Source of the DNA: Prochlorococcus sp. AG-449-P16
Lineage (GTDB): Bacteria > Cyanobacteriota > Cyanobacteriia > PCC-6307 > Cyanobiaceae
Reading direction: 5' to 3'
Assembly: GCA_003212175.1 (NCBI GenBank)
Contig: QCQN01000004.1
Location: 10,506 to 74,505 of the forward strand
DNA length: 64,000 bases
This document shows positions 42,630 to 53,062 of the stretch, piece after piece. The stretch's first letter is position 1; each line of letters starts with the position of its first letter. Position numbers and translations under genes: made by a program. The notes beneath the pieces are model-generated. The model saw only the letters and a list, made by a program, of their open reading frames with translations. It was not told the origin of the DNA and searched no databases.

Positions 42630-43259
42630 ATGCAAAATAAGAAATCACTATCTAGAGAATTATCGTTAATTGTATTAGGTCTTATTAGCGACAAAGAACA
42701 AAGTAGTTTCAATCAAAAGAAAATAGATGTTCTTTTTGAAGCTGCATTAGAACTGCTTATTACCCATTTGAGAGATGAATTAGATAATTGTGAATTAGAT
42801 TTAGAAAACGCATCACAAAGCATTTTAGAAAGTGAGTTAAAGGGGGGTGTTAATTCATCTATCGATGAAGTTAGAAATGAGATGAAAAAAGCTTTAACTA
42901 GAATTGAATCTGTAATGAATTCACTATCTATAACTTTAGATTTTCCTAGATTAATTTTTTCAAGTAGTCAAAGTGATATACGAAAAAATGTTAATAATAG
43001 AATTTTAACTGTAATAAATAATATTGAAAAAATTGATAATGAAATTGATGAAGTAATGGACGGATGGAGATTAAAAAGATTACCAAGAGTTGATAGGGAT
43101 ATTTTACGATTAGCTTATGCAGATATAAAAATTTTAAATACGCCCATCCCAGTTGCATGCGATGAAGCTGTAACTTTAGCTAATAAATATAGTGATACTC
43201 ATGGTAGAAAAATGATTAATGGAGTTTTAAGGAGATTGCAAAAAGTAAAAGTAAAATAA
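42630..43259 (+). CDS. nusB: Transcription antitermination factor NusB
   Basis: GWRLKRLPRVDRDILRLA, EAVTLANKY and MINGVLR motifs. Confidence 0.95.
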   Translation: MQNKKSLSRELSLIVLGLISDKEQSSFNQKKIDVLFEAALELLITHLRDELDNCELDLENASQSILESELKGGVNSSIDEVRNEMKKALTRIESVMNSLSITLDFPRLIFSSSQSDIRKNVNNRILTVINNIEKIDNEIDEVMDGWRLKRLPRVDRDILRLAYADIKILNTPIPVACDEAVTLANKYSDTHGRKMINGVLRRLQKVKVK

Positions 43260-43319
43260 TAATTTGATATAAATCAATAATTTTTTATAATTTAATACAA
43301 TAGGTTTTTAAAGATATCT

Positions 43320-44606
43320 ATGACAAATAATGAATCTGATAGTTCACGCGAATGGGCTGCGCAAGCTTTTGCATTGTTAAAACAAAAGCAGGAATTAAAA
43401 AAGCAAGAAGAACAGGAATTAAAAAAGCAAGAAGAACAGGAATTAAAAAAGCAAGAAGAACAGGAATTAAAAAAGCAAGAAGAACAGGAATTAAAAAAGC
43501 AAGAAGAACAGGAATTAAAAAAGCAAGAAGAGCAGGCGCGAATTTTAAATCAAAGTGTTTCAGAAACTAAAATTGAACCTGAAGCAGAATTAGGGGAATT
43601 TGATGAAGAATTTACTTGGTCTGCAATGGTATTAGCAGCTCAAGGTAAAAAACCTAACCAAATATCAATAGATGAAATAGATTGGTTAAGTAAATTAAAA
43701 AGGGGATTAGAACAAACTAGAAAAGGATTTGTTTCAGAATTATTAGATAAATTAGGAGATGATCCACTTACACCAGAATCTTTAGATGATTTAGAAACAC
43801 TATTAATAAGAGCTGATGTAGGGATTGATTCAACAGATAAAGTAATTAATTCTCTTAGAAAAAAATTAAATGAAGAAGTTGTAGATGGAGAAGAAGGAAT
43901 TAAATTTTTAAAAGAAGAGTTAAGGGCAATTATTGATGAACCAATTAAGAATTCAGGGAAAAATATTCTTACGCCTCAAAAAGGTAAATTAAATGTTTGG
44001 TTGATAGTAGGTGTTAATGGAGTCGGCAAAACTACTACACTAGGTAAGTTAGCTTATCTCTCTGCAAAAAGTGATTATAAAACTTTAATAGCGGCTGCCG
44101 ATACATTTAGAGCCGCTGCAGTAGAACAGATCAAGGTATGGGGCGAAAGAAGTAATGTAGATGTAATTTCTAATCAATCAAAAAATGCTGATCCGGCAGC
44201 AGTTGTCTTTGATGCAATTAATGCTGCAAACAAAAGAAAAAGTGATTTACTACTCGTTGATACTGCCGGTAGGCTTCAGACTAAAAATAATTTAATGGAT
44301 GAATTGTCTAAAATTAAAAAAATTATTGACAAAAAAGCTCCTGAAGCAATTATTGAATCATTATTAGTTTTAGATGCAAGTCAGGGCCAAAACGGATTAA
44401 AGCAAGCAAAAAGTTTTGCAAAATCAGCGAATTTAAGTGGTGCGATTATTACAAAATTAGATGGCACTTCTAGAGGAGGAGTATCTTTAGCAGTTGCAAA
44501 AGAAGTTTGTTTGCCAATAAGGTTTATAGGGGCAGGAGAGGGAATTAAGGACTTAAGACCTTTTAATAGTTTTGAATTTGTAGAAGCTTTGCTTGCTGAT
44601 AAATAA
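43320..44606 (+). CDS. ftsY: SRP receptor FtsY
   Basis: GVNGVGKTTT, DTFRAAA, DTAGR and TKLDGT motifs. Confidence 0.97.
   Translation: MTNNESDSSREWAAQAFALLKQKQELKKQEEQELKKQEEQELKKQEEQELKKQEEQELKKQEEQELKKQEEQARILNQSVSETKIEPEAELGEFDEEFTWSAMVLAAQGKKPNQISIDEIDWLSKLKRGLEQTRKGFVSELLDKLGDDPLTPESLDDLETLLIRADVGIDSTDKVINSLRKKLNEEVVDGEEGIKFLKEELRAIIDEPIKNSGKNILTPQKGKLNVWLIVGVNGVGKTTTLGKLAYLSAKSDYKTLIAAADTFRAAAVEQIKVWGERSNVDVISNQSKNADPAAVVFDAINAANKRKSDLLLVDTAGRLQTKNNLMDELSKIKKIIDKKAPEAIIESLLVLDASQGQNGLKQAKSFAKSANLSGAIITKLDGTSRGGVSLAVAKEVCLPIRFIGAGEGIKDLRPFNSFEFVEALLADK
43389..43532 (+). repeat. 24-bp tandem repeat x6 within ftsY (QELKKQEE)
   Basis: CAGGAATTAAAAAAGCAAGAAGAA at 43389, 43413, 43437, 43461, 43485 and 43509; the last copy ends GAG. 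Confidence 0.97.
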
Positions 44607-44673
44607 AAATTTAATTAATTTTTAAAAAAATCCATAATTTAATGTTAAAACATATCTATAGATACATTTTGTC

Positions 44674-46017
44674 TTGCTAAATAATCAACAAGAAAAATTA
44701 TTGTCGAATAAATCTATTCAAAAATTTTTTGATAATAAATATACATTAACTACCGATCGAAGTGATCAACTATTAGAAATTTTATCTTCTTTATCTTATT
44801 ATCTAAAATCATTTTCAAATATAAACAAATTTTTAGACTATAGTGCTCTAATTTCTAAACATATTTTTGATAATCAATCAACACTTATTATTCCATTAAA
44901 CGAAAAAGGCGAAATATGGACCGAAAACATTAAGTTCTCTGGAAATATTAAAGATTCAAATATTGATAATGAGATTAAATGTTATTTTGATAATTTAGAT
45001 TTTACAAAGAATTTCAAAATTAAGGAAATTTCATACTTTGACAGTGAACTTAGTAAAGAGTTTGAGGAATGTGAAATCAAATCTTATAAAATATTATCAA
45101 GGGGTAAATGTAGAGGGTTTTTCTATACTTTTAATCAAAGTTCTTCAAATAACAATTCTAGAAACGAGCATATTTTAAATTTTATTGTTAATTCTTTAGC
45201 TGCAGGCTTGGAAAATTATTCATTACTTAAGACAAAAAAAAAGCATGAAAATGTAGATAGAGAAATTAATACTGGAGCCGAAATTCAATCCCAATTACTT
45301 CCTGATTATTGTCCAATTATTTCCGGTGTAGATTTGGCTGCTCATTGTAGGCCAGCTCTTCAATTAGGGGGGGATTATTATGATTTTATGTCTCTCAAAA
45401 CAAATATTTCTGAAAAAAAAAGAGAGAAGGCCCGATGGGCATTAGTAATTGGTGATGTAATGGGCAAAGGTATACCTGCTGGACTTTTAATGACAATGCT
45501 ACGTGGAATGTTGCGTGCAGAAGTTTTAACAGGCCTGCCTCCAGATAGGATTTTACATGATTTAAATCAATTAGCTATTTATGATTTAGATCAATCGCAT
45601 AGATTTGTAACTCTGTTTTACTCAGATTATGATCCTAGAACAAAAAGACTAAGGTACGCTAATGCAGCTCATAATCCCCCTTTGTTATGGAAAAATTCTG
45701 AACAAAAAATAATAAAGCTCGATACTGAGGGACTAGTTCTTGGTTTGCAAAAAGAGGCTGAGTATCAATGTTGTCAAATTCAGTTAAAGAAAAATGATGT
45801 TATCATTTACTATACCGATGGAGTAACTGACACCTCTAACGCACGAGGGGAACGATTCGATGAGGAAAGACTAGTTAGCTGTTTTGTAGATTTATGCAAG
45901 CAGTCACTAGATTCAAAAATAATTTTAAATAAAATTTTCAAAACCTTAGATGATTTCACTGGTAAAAATAGGCAACTTGAAGATGATGCATCTATAGTTA
46001 TCTTTAGGGTGGAGTAA
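44674..46017 (+). CDS. PP2C/SpoIIE (RsbU-like) serine phosphatase with degenerate N-terminal sensor domain
   Basis: IQSQLLP, GGDYYDF, IGDVMGKG, YTDGVTD and EDDAS motifs; start codon uncertain. Confidence 0.9.
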   Translation: MLNNQQEKLLSNKSIQKFFDNKYTLTTDRSDQLLEILSSLSYYLKSFSNINKFLDYSALISKHIFDNQSTLIIPLNEKGEIWTENIKFSGNIKDSNIDNEIKCYFDNLDFTKNFKIKEISYFDSELSKEFEECEIKSYKILSRGKCRGFFYTFNQSSSNNNSRNEHILNFIVNSLAAGLENYSLLKTKKKHENVDREINTGAEIQSQLLPDYCPIISGVDLAAHCRPALQLGGDYYDFMSLKTNISEKKREKARWALVIGDVMGKGIPAGLLMTMLRGMLRAEVLTGLPPDRILHDLNQLAIYDLDQSHRFVTLFYSDYDPRTKRLRYANAAHNPPLLWKNSEQKIIKLDTEGLVLGLQKEAEYQCCQIQLKKNDVIIYYTDGVTDTSNARGERFDEERLVSCFVDLCKQSLDSKIILNKIFKTLDDFTGKNRQLEDDASIVIFRVE

Positions 46018-46030
46018 GTTTTCATAAAAG

Positions 46031-47410
46031 ATGTCTAAAGTTTGGAGTGATAGATTTGATACAAGCCTTAATCCTTTTATTGAGGAATTCAATGCCTCTA
46101 TTAATTTTGATAAGAAGCTAATTTTAGAGGACATACAGTGTTCTATTGCTCATGCAAAAATGCTTGGCAAGTCAAAAGTATTATCTTCTGAGGACTCTAT
46201 CAAGATTATTGAAGGTCTAGAAATTATTAAAGATCAATTTCTTAAAGGTACATTTTCCCCTCAGCCTCCATCAGAAGATATTCATTATTGTATTGAGGAA
46301 AAACTGATTAATTTAATTGGTGAAACTGGTAAAAAATTGCATACTGGAAGAAGCAGAAATGATCAGGTTGGAACTGATATAAGGTTATGGCTTAGAAAAA
46401 AGATTGATAAAATTGACGTCTTAATAGTTAACTTACAAAAGTCTTTATTAGTGCATGCAGATGCAAATTTATATACCTTGATTCCTGGGTATACTCATAT
46501 GCAAAGAGCTCAACCATTATCTTTAGCTCATCACCTTTTGGCATATGTTGAAATGTTTCAGAGAGATCGTCAAAGACTCCAAGAAGTTAGAGCTAGAGTT
46601 AACGTTTGTCCTCTTGGAGCAGCAGCATTAGCAGGTACAAAAATTAAAATTGATAGGTACTTTACTGCAGATGAATTGGGTTTTGATAGTATTTACAAAA
46701 ACAGCATAGATGCAGTAAGTGATAGAGATTTTTGTATTGAATTTGTTTCGGCTTCTGCTTTAATAATGTCCCATTTGAGCAGAATATCAGAAGAGATAAT
46801 TCTTTGGGTAACTGATGAATTTTCTTACGCGAAATTAACTGATAGATGCGCTACTGGAAGTAGCTTGATGCCTCAGAAAAAAAATCCTGATATACCTGAA
46901 TTAATAAGGGGAAAAACCGGACGAGTTTATGGTCACCTTCAGGCTTTGTTAACAATAATTAAAGGGGTACCTCTTTCTTATAATAAAGATTTCCAAGAAG
47001 ATAAAGAGCCTATTTTTGATACAGTTACCACTATTTCCAACTGTTTAAAAGCCATGACTATACTCATTGATGAAGGAATAGAGTTTAACGTTGACAATCT
47101 AACCGAAGCCGTGGAAAAAGATTTTTCAAATGCAACAGATGTCGCAGATTATTTGGTTGAGAAGAACGTGCCTTTCAGAAAGGCTTATCAAATAGTTGGA
47201 CAAATAGTTAAATATTGTCTAACAAAAAAAATACTATTTAAAGATCTAACCTTAGAGGAGTTTCAAAAATTTCATATACAATTTCAACAAGATATATTTG
47301 AGAATATCAATCCTGTAAATGTTGTAAAGTCAAGAAATAGCATAGGTGGAACTGGCTTTGATCAAGTAAAAATAGAATTGAATTCATGGAAAAAACAATT
47401 ATTAGCCTAA
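46031..47410 (+). CDS. argH: Argininosuccinate lyase
   Basis: [28 protein letters not shown] and YNKDFQEDK motifs. Confidence 0.98.
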   Translation: MSKVWSDRFDTSLNPFIEEFNASINFDKKLILEDIQCSIAHAKMLGKSKVLSSEDSIKIIEGLEIIKDQFLKGTFSPQPPSEDIHYCIEEKLINLIGETGKKLHTGRSRNDQVGTDIRLWLRKKIDKIDVLIVNLQKSLLVHADANLYTLIPGYTHMQRAQPLSLAHHLLAYVEMFQRDRQRLQEVRARVNVCPLGAAALAGTKIKIDRYFTADELGFDSIYKNSIDAVSDRDFCIEFVSASALIMSHLSRISEEIILWVTDEFSYAKLTDRCATGSSLMPQKKNPDIPELIRGKTGRVYGHLQALLTIIKGVPLSYNKDFQEDKEPIFDTVTTISNCLKAMTILIDEGIEFNVDNLTEAVEKDFSNATDVADYLVEKNVPFRKAYQIVGQIVKYCLTKKILFKDLTLEEFQKFHIQFQQDIFENINPVNVVKSRNSIGGTGFDQVKIELNSWKKQLLA

Positions 47411-47524
47411 AACTCTAATTAATTTTCTACAACATGGGTCGTCTTAAAGTAGAATGGTATTGTAATCTTAATAGGCTGCACTAATTGTAGTTTTCATAGT
47501 TATTATTTCAAAGTTGAGTTTCAA

Positions 47525-48115
47525 GTGAGTATTTTTGTTGGTAATTTGCCTTTCCGCGCAGAGCGAGAAGATGTTTTACAGTTATTTGCCCCTTTTGGTG
47601 AAGTAATGAATTGTTCTCTTCCTCTTGAGAGGGATACAGGGCGGAAAAGAGGATTTGCCTTTGTCGAAATGTCAGATGAATCCATAGAAGCAACAGCCAT
47701 AGAAGGTTTGCAAGGTGCTGAACTTATGGGTAGACCTTTAAGAATAAATAAGGCTGAGCCCAGAGGTGGTGGCTCAAGAAGAGGCGGAAACAGTGGTGGT
47801 CGCGGCGGCGGCTATGGTGGCGGCTATGGCGGCGGCAATAGTGGTGGCTATGGTGGTGGCAATAGTGGCGGCTATGGTGGTAGCAATAGTGGTGGCTATG
47901 GTGGTGGCAATAGTGGTGGCTATGGTGGTGGCAATAGTGGTGGCTATGGTGGTGGCTACTCTAATGCAAGTAATGAGAATAAACCTTCTGGAGCTGAGGG
48001 TTGGGAAGACAGAAGTTTTGGAAATTCATCTGAATCCTCAGATTATGAGAGTGGTAGAAGTAGAAGGAAAAGAGGAGTTTCTAGTAATCCTGACCTTAAT
48101 CAGGAAAGTAATTAA
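47525..48115 (+). CDS. rbp: RRM RNA-binding protein with glycine-rich tail
   Basis: RNP2 IFVGNL and RNP1 RGFAFVEM; GTG start. Confidence 0.93.
   Translation: MSIFVGNLPFRAEREDVLQLFAPFGEVMNCSLPLERDTGRKRGFAFVEMSDESIEATAIEGLQGAELMGRPLRINKAEPRGGGSRRGGNSGGRGGGYGGGYGGGNSGGYGGGNSGGYGGSNSGGYGGGNSGGYGGGNSGGYGGGYSNASNENKPSGAEGWEDRSFGNSSESSDYESGRSRRKRGVSSNPDLNQESN
47828..47947 (+). repeat. 24-bp imperfect tandem repeat x5 (GGGNSGGY) in rbp
   Basis: GGYGGYRGCAATAGTGGYGGCTAT units at 47828, 47852, 47876, 47900 and 47924. Confidence 0.92.
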
Positions 48116-49116
48116 TAACCCCTATTTTTTAGCTCTAAAGTAAGTTCCATTAAGTGATCAATACTTAATTCTTTTTTAATAGATTTGATGCAAATTTGAT
48201 TCCTCCAAATTTTTGCTCTGGGAATACCCTCTACCAAATTTATTAGATGTTTACATATGTCCCATGTTTTACCACCATTTTTAAGATGCTCTTCAATATA
48301 AGGTATTAAAGAAATAATTATATTTGAGGCTTTTTTGATTTGATTGTTGTACCCATAAATTCTTTGATCAATGCCTGACCATAATAAAGGATGTTTGTAT
48401 GCTGATCTTCCAATCATTACTCCATCGAATGTATTTAGTGCTTCTACGCATTGATCTAAACTGGAGAAACCTCCATTTATTTCTATAATTAGTTTTGGAT
48501 TAGTTTTTTTTAATTTTTCTACAACATCATATCTAAGTGGAGGTATAGTCCTGTTTTGTTTTGGATTGAGACCTTTTAAAATTGCTTTTCTTGCATGGAC
48601 TATAAATCTGTCAGCTCCAGCATTGGCAACTTCTTTGACAAAAATATCTAATTTTTTAAAATCGTCATAATCATCAACACCTATTCTATGTTTAATTGTT
48701 ATGGGTAAACTACAGTTACTTTTCAAAGAATCTATGCACTTTGCGACCTTAGTAGGGTCTTTCATAAGTAAAGCACCAAATTTGCCAGAACAGACTCTAG
48801 GACTAGGACAGCCAACATTAAAATTAATTTCATCATATCCCCAATCCTCTGCTATTTTGGCTGCTTCTTTAAGTAAATTTGGATCATCTCCTCCGAATTG
48901 TATTGATAAAGGGTGTTCTTCTTTATTAAAGCTTAAAAATTCTTTTCTTTTTTTTGTATAAATCAAACTTTGGGCGACTATCATTTCAGTGTAAAGAAGA
49001 GCTTTTGAAGAGATTTTTCGCATCAACATTCTAAAATGTTTGTCGGTGCAATCCATCATTGGAGCAACACTTATTTTGTGTTTATTTTTTATACAATTGT
49101 CTCTAGAGCTTTCCAT
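48112..49116 (-). CDS. dusA: tRNA dihydrouridine synthase
   Basis: APMMDCTD, NFNVGCPSPRV, KHRIG, HARKA and NRTIPPLRY motifs. Confidence 0.93.
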   Translation of the reverse strand: MESSRDNCIKNKHKISVAPMMDCTDKHFRMLMRKISSKALLYTEMIVAQSLIYTKKRKEFLSFNKEEHPLSIQFGGDDPNLLKEAAKIAEDWGYDEINFNVGCPSPRVCSGKFGALLMKDPTKVAKCIDSLKSNCSLPITIKHRIGVDDYDDFKKLDIFVKEVANAGADRFIVHARKAILKGLNPKQNRTIPPLRYDVVEKLKKTNPKLIIEINGGFSSLDQCVEALNTFDGVMIGRSAYKHPLLWSGIDQRIYGYNNQIKKASNIIISLIPYIEEHLKNGGKTWDICKHLINLVEGIPRAKIWRNQICIKSIKKELSIDHLMELTLELKNRGY

Positions 49117-49142
49117 AAATTCTATTTAAGATAATTGTTGAT

Positions 49143-49637
49143 ATGAATAAATTTTTATCAAGAAGATCTTTTATTTTAATTCTTATTATGCCACTATTAA
49201 AATTTATCTTTAAACCAAACAAAGTACTTGCTTCATCCTCTGCTTCTCAGGAGGATTGGAATTTACCAAAAGAGGCATGGAAAGAAAGACTTACTCCAGA
49301 GACTTACTATATTTTACGAGAAGAAGGCACAGAAAGAGCTTTTAGTAGCTCCCTCAATGAAGAGAAGAGAAAAGGGGTATTTCATTGTGCAGGATGTGAT
49401 TTACCTCTCTTTTCATCTGATACAAAATTTGATAGCGGTACTGGATGGCCAAGTTTTTGGGATTCATTAAAAGGTTCAGTAGGCACTAAAGTCGATTTTA
49501 AATTAATTGTGCCAAGAACAGAATATCATTGTTCAAGATGTGGTGGACATCAGGGCCACGTTTTTAATGATGGTCCTTTACCTACTGGCAAACGATATTG
49601 TAATAATGGACTTGCTTTAAGATTTGTTCCTGACTAA
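49143..49637 (+). CDS. msrB: Peptide methionine sulfoxide reductase B with Tat-like signal
   Basis: GTERAF, KFDSGTGWPSF, GHVFNDGP, RYCNNG and two CxxC pairs; N-terminal SRRSF. Confidence 0.95.
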   Translation: MNKFLSRRSFILILIMPLLKFIFKPNKVLASSSASQEDWNLPKEAWKERLTPETYYILREEGTERAFSSSLNEEKRKGVFHCAGCDLPLFSSDTKFDSGTGWPSFWDSLKGSVGTKVDFKLIVPRTEYHCSRCGGHQGHVFNDGPLPTGKRYCNNGLALRFVPD

Positions 49638-49645
49638 TTTAACTA

Positions 49646-49662
49646 GTGCGGCCTTCCGCAAC
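49646..49662. promoter_or_regulatory. GC-rich palindrome between msrB and grpE (K-box-like element or terminator)
   Basis: GTGCGG-CCTT-CCGCAAC in an otherwise AT-rich 77-bp gap. Confidence 0.45.
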
Positions 49663-49714
49663 TTGTATTGTGTCTCTCTTTCAATCAAAATGGTTTTAAT
49701 AAATTTTTAATGTG

Positions 49715-50434
49715 ATGGAAGAAAATCAAACAGACAATGTTGAAAATAGAGATGTAAAGGTTTCTGATAATGATAGTAATTCAGGTAATTCATCTGTTAC
49801 TGAAGATCAAATCAATGAAAATTTGGAAACACCTGATGATGAAAACGACAATATTAATGCTGATGATTTAAAAAATACTGTTTCTAATAATGATGCAAGG
49901 TTAGAACAATTAGAAAAAGAGCATGAGACTTTAAAAAGTCAATATGTAAGAATTGCTGCTGATTTCGATAACTTTCGAAAAAGGCAATCTCGTGATCAAG
50001 ATGATTTAAAAATACAACTTATATCAAAATCCCTTACAGCAGTTTTGCCTATTGTTGATAATTTTGAAAGAGCTAGGCAGCAATTAAAACCTGAAAGTGA
50101 AGAAGCTCAAACTTTACATAGAAATTATCAAGGTTTATATAAACAGTTAGTAGATGTTTTGAAACAACAAGGAGTTGCTCCAATGAGAGTAGTAGGTCAA
50201 CAATTCGACCCCAATCTGCATGAGGCTGTCTTAAGAGAACCAAGTCAGGAGTATAAAGAAGATATTATTATTGAAGAATTACAACGAGGTTATCATCTTG
50301 AGGGTAAGGTTCTAAGGCATGCATTAGTAAAAGTTTCGATGGGACCGGGACAAGAAAAGTCACAAGAACAGCAAGAACAGGATAAAGTTGAAGAAACAAT
50401 TGATTCGGAGACTAATGTCTCTGAGGAAAATTAA
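49715..50434 (+). CDS. grpE: Nucleotide exchange factor GrpE
   Basis: [18 protein letters not shown] and QRGY...RHALVKV motifs; GTG at 49712 is an alternative start. Confidence 0.97.
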   Translation: MEENQTDNVENRDVKVSDNDSNSGNSSVTEDQINENLETPDDENDNINADDLKNTVSNNDARLEQLEKEHETLKSQYVRIAADFDNFRKRQSRDQDDLKIQLISKSLTAVLPIVDNFERARQQLKPESEEAQTLHRNYQGLYKQLVDVLKQQGVAPMRVVGQQFDPNLHEAVLREPSQEYKEDIIIEELQRGYHLEGKVLRHALVKVSMGPGQEKSQEQQEQDKVEETIDSETNVSEEN

Positions 50435-50465
50435 ATCATTAAAATGAAAAGTTGAGAATTATCTA

Positions 50466-51590
50466 ATGGCTGACTTCTATCAAATACTTGGTGTTTCACG
50501 AGATGCTGATTCTGATACTTTAAAAAGGGCTTATAGAAAGTTAGCCAGGCAATATCATCCTGACGTAAACAAAGAACCTGGAGCAGAAGAGAAATTTAAA
50601 GAGATAGGTAAAGCTTATGAAGCTTTAGCCGATCCTGAAACTCGAGCTAGATATGATCAGTTTGGTGAGGCCGGGTTGGGAGGGGCAGCGGGCATGCCAG
50701 ATATGGGAGATATGGGTGGATTTGCAGATTTGTTTGAAACTTTTTTTAATGGTTTTGGTGGACAATCCCCGCAAGGAGGTAGATCACCTAGGAGAGGTCC
50801 TCAGCAAGGGGATGACTTGAGATATGACTTAAACATTGACTTTAAAGATGCTATTTTTGGACAACAAAGAGAAATTAAAATACCCCATTTAGAAACTTGT
50901 GAAGTATGTAGAGGAACCGGAGCGAAAAAAGGAACAGGTCCAACGACTTGTACAACCTGTGGAGGGAATGGACAAGTTAGAAGAGCTACAAGAACACCTT
51001 TTGGTAATTTTACCCAAGTTGCAGAATGCCCAAGTTGTAATGGGACTGGCCAAATAATTTCAGATCCGTGTACAAGTTGTGGCGGTAATGGTGTTAAACA
51101 GGTTAGGAAAAAGTTGCGTATTAATATACCTGCAGGAGTAGATACTGGAACAAAACTTAGAGTTTCTGGAGAAGGTAATGTAGGTCTAAAGGGTGGTCCT
51201 GCGGGAGATCTTTATGTCTTTATTAAAGTCAAAAATGATCCTAATCTAAAAAGAGATGGAGTTAATATTTATTCTGAAATTTCGGTAAGTTATCTTCAAG
51301 CTATTTTGGGGGATAATGTAGAGATTATTACTGTTGACGGAAAAGTTAATTTAAAAATTCCTAGTGGAACGCAGCCTAATAGTAAATTATCTTTAGAAAA
51401 TAAAGGTGTGCCCAGGCTTGGCAACCCAGTTGCAAGAGGTAATCATCAGGTGTTGGTCAAAGTTAAGTTGCCAACACGTATTACAGATAATGAAAGAAAT
51501 CTTTTGGAAAACTTAGCATCTCAGTATTCTGATCAAAATATTAGAACAAATAGTGGTCTATTCAGTAAATTTTTTGGTAAAGAGTTTTGA
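50466..51590 (+). CDS. dnaJ: Chaperone DnaJ (type I)
   Basis: J-domain HPD, G/F-rich region and four CxxCxGxG repeats. Confidence 0.98.
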   Translation: MADFYQILGVSRDADSDTLKRAYRKLARQYHPDVNKEPGAEEKFKEIGKAYEALADPETRARYDQFGEAGLGGAAGMPDMGDMGGFADLFETFFNGFGGQSPQGGRSPRRGPQQGDDLRYDLNIDFKDAIFGQQREIKIPHLETCEVCRGTGAKKGTGPTTCTTCGGNGQVRRATRTPFGNFTQVAECPSCNGTGQIISDPCTSCGGNGVKQVRKKLRINIPAGVDTGTKLRVSGEGNVGLKGGPAGDLYVFIKVKNDPNLKRDGVNIYSEISVSYLQAILGDNVEIITVDGKVNLKIPSGTQPNSKLSLENKGVPRLGNPVARGNHQVLVKVKLPTRITDNERNLLENLASQYSDQNIRTNSGLFSKFFGKEF

Positions 51591-51832
51591 ATCAATTCGC
51601 CAAAGTCTTGGATTTAAAATCAGTGCCGTGCCCTTTGAATGTAGTTAAATGTAAATTAGCTTTAGAGAAATTACCCTCTGATCAAATTTTGATAGTTCAT
51701 CTAGATAAAGGAGAACCAGAAATAATGGTTAAGAATAATTTATTTGAAATGCAATATTGTTTTGAAACGATTTACGAAGATGAGAGGACAATAAAAATTA
51801 AAATTTTTTATGAAAATGATAAAGAACTTTAA
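51587..51832 (+). CDS. TusA/SirA-family sulfur carrier-like protein
   Basis: [11 protein letters not shown] (CPxP-like) motif; TTG start overlapping the dnaJ stop. Confidence 0.8.
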   Translation: MNQFAKVLDLKSVPCPLNVVKCKLALEKLPSDQILIVHLDKGEPEIMVKNNLFEMQYCFETIYEDERTIKIKIFYENDKEL

Positions 51833-52727
51833 AGCTCTAGTAACAAAGAAATTTAACGAGTTTTATATGGTTGAATTAATTGAAAATCTAAATTTAGAGT
51901 CAAATAATAAATTTTTATGTACAATCAGAAAATCTGTAAATTTTAAAAACCAACTGATTTTTGTTGGAGATAAGGTAATTATTAATCAAATAGATTTTGA
52001 AAATAAACGAGCAATAATAGAAAGTGTGGTTGAAAGAGATAATCTTTTAGAAAGACCCTCTGTTGCAAATATTTCTAATATATATGTTACTTTTTCAGTT
52101 GAAGAGCCAAGGCTAAATCTTTCTCAAGTTAGTAGGTTTTTAATATCTGCTGAATATTTGGGTGTAGAAGTTTCATTAGTACTCACTAAATGTGATCTTA
52201 TAACAGAAAAAAAAAGAATTTTTTTAATAGATAAATTTAAAACCTGGGGATATCAGGTTAACACTTTAAATTTGAATAATGATCAAAATTTTGCTAATTT
52301 ATTGGACAAATTATATACAAAAAACTGTTCAATATTTGTTGGTCCATCTGGCGTGGGTAAAACCACTTTACTCAACAGAATAATTCCTGGTCTTAAAAAT
52401 ATAACTGCTCCAGTATCAAGTAAAATAAAAAGAGGAAAAAATACAACAAGAAATGTAGAGTTATTTTCTTTATCAAAAGACAGTTTTATTGTTGATTCTC
52501 CTGGGTTTAATATGAGAATGCCTGAAATAGATATTAATTTATTGCCAAATTTGTTTCCTGAAATTTATAAGCAAATAGCCATTGAAGGAATAAAATGCAA
52601 ATTTCGCGATTGTCTACATATAAATGATAAGGGTTGTAAATTAGATAAAAATTTTGAAAGATACCACTTTTACAAGGAAATGGTTGACTCTCTTAAGAGT
52701 CAGAATTGTCTAATCCAGGAAGATTGA
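51810..52727 (+). CDS. rsgA: Ribosome small-subunit-dependent GTPase A
   Basis: [23 protein letters not shown] and CKFRDCLH...GC motifs. Confidence 0.95.
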   Translation: MKMIKNFKALVTKKFNEFYMVELIENLNLESNNKFLCTIRKSVNFKNQLIFVGDKVIINQIDFENKRAIIESVVERDNLLERPSVANISNIYVTFSVEEPRLNLSQVSRFLISAEYLGVEVSLVLTKCDLITEKKRIFLIDKFKTWGYQVNTLNLNNDQNFANLLDKLYTKNCSIFVGPSGVGKTTLLNRIIPGLKNITAPVSSKIKRGKNTTRNVELFSLSKDSFIVDSPGFNMRMPEIDINLLPNLFPEIYKQIAIEGIKCKFRDCLHINDKGCKLDKNFERYHFYKEMVDSLKSQNCLIQED

Positions 52728-53043
52728 GATTTAATCCGCCAGTTAATTCATTCATACGCTCTTTCATTGTAGAAGTCGAAGTTTCATGAGCTTTTTGAAA
52801 AGCTTGTAAAATGTTTTCTTCTATTTTGCTTTTTTCGCAATTTACAATATTTTCGTTGACTTCAACTTTAAGAGGAACTTGGTTACCGCTAATCCATACT
52901 TTTACCATTTCATCTTCACTCTTTCCTTCAATCTCCATATTTTCAAGCTCATCCTGTAATTTTTGAGCATCTTGTTGTATTTGTTTAGCTTTTTTGAAAG
53001 CTTCTGTTAGTTGTCCAAAGTTTGGAAGTCCAAAACCTGCCAT
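52693..53043 (-). CDS. ybaB: YbaB/EbfC nucleoid-associated protein
   Basis: [15 protein letters not shown]...EGKS...VKVWISGN; ATG at 53043. Confidence 0.9.
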   Translation of the reverse strand: MAGFGLPNFGQLTEAFKKAKQIQQDAQKLQDELENMEIEGKSEDEMVKVWISGNQVPLKVEVNENIVNCEKSKIEENILQAFQKAHETSTSTMKERMNELTGGLNLNLPGLDNSDS

Positions 53044-53062
53044 TTGATAAAAAGTTTCTCTA

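Noticed and set aside
43389-43532. Regular repeats as a possible CRISPR array
   Set aside because: Head-to-tail repeats with no spacers, in frame within ftsY, and no cas genes
43352-43570. 72-aa ORF with (RTGIKKAR)n repeats
   Set aside because: Alternative-frame reading of the ftsY 24-bp repeat
47766-48143. 125-aa hydrophobic ORF (VVAMVVAI)n
   Set aside because: Shifted frame of the Gly-rich rbp repeat
48112-49142. dusA as a known integration hotspot for genomic islands
   Set aside because: The gene is intact with no integrase, duplicated att fragment or cargo
50492-50507. TGTTTCACG resembling a parS half-site near the origin
   Set aside because: The second half does not match (AGATGCT), and it is explained by dnaJ codons GVSRDA
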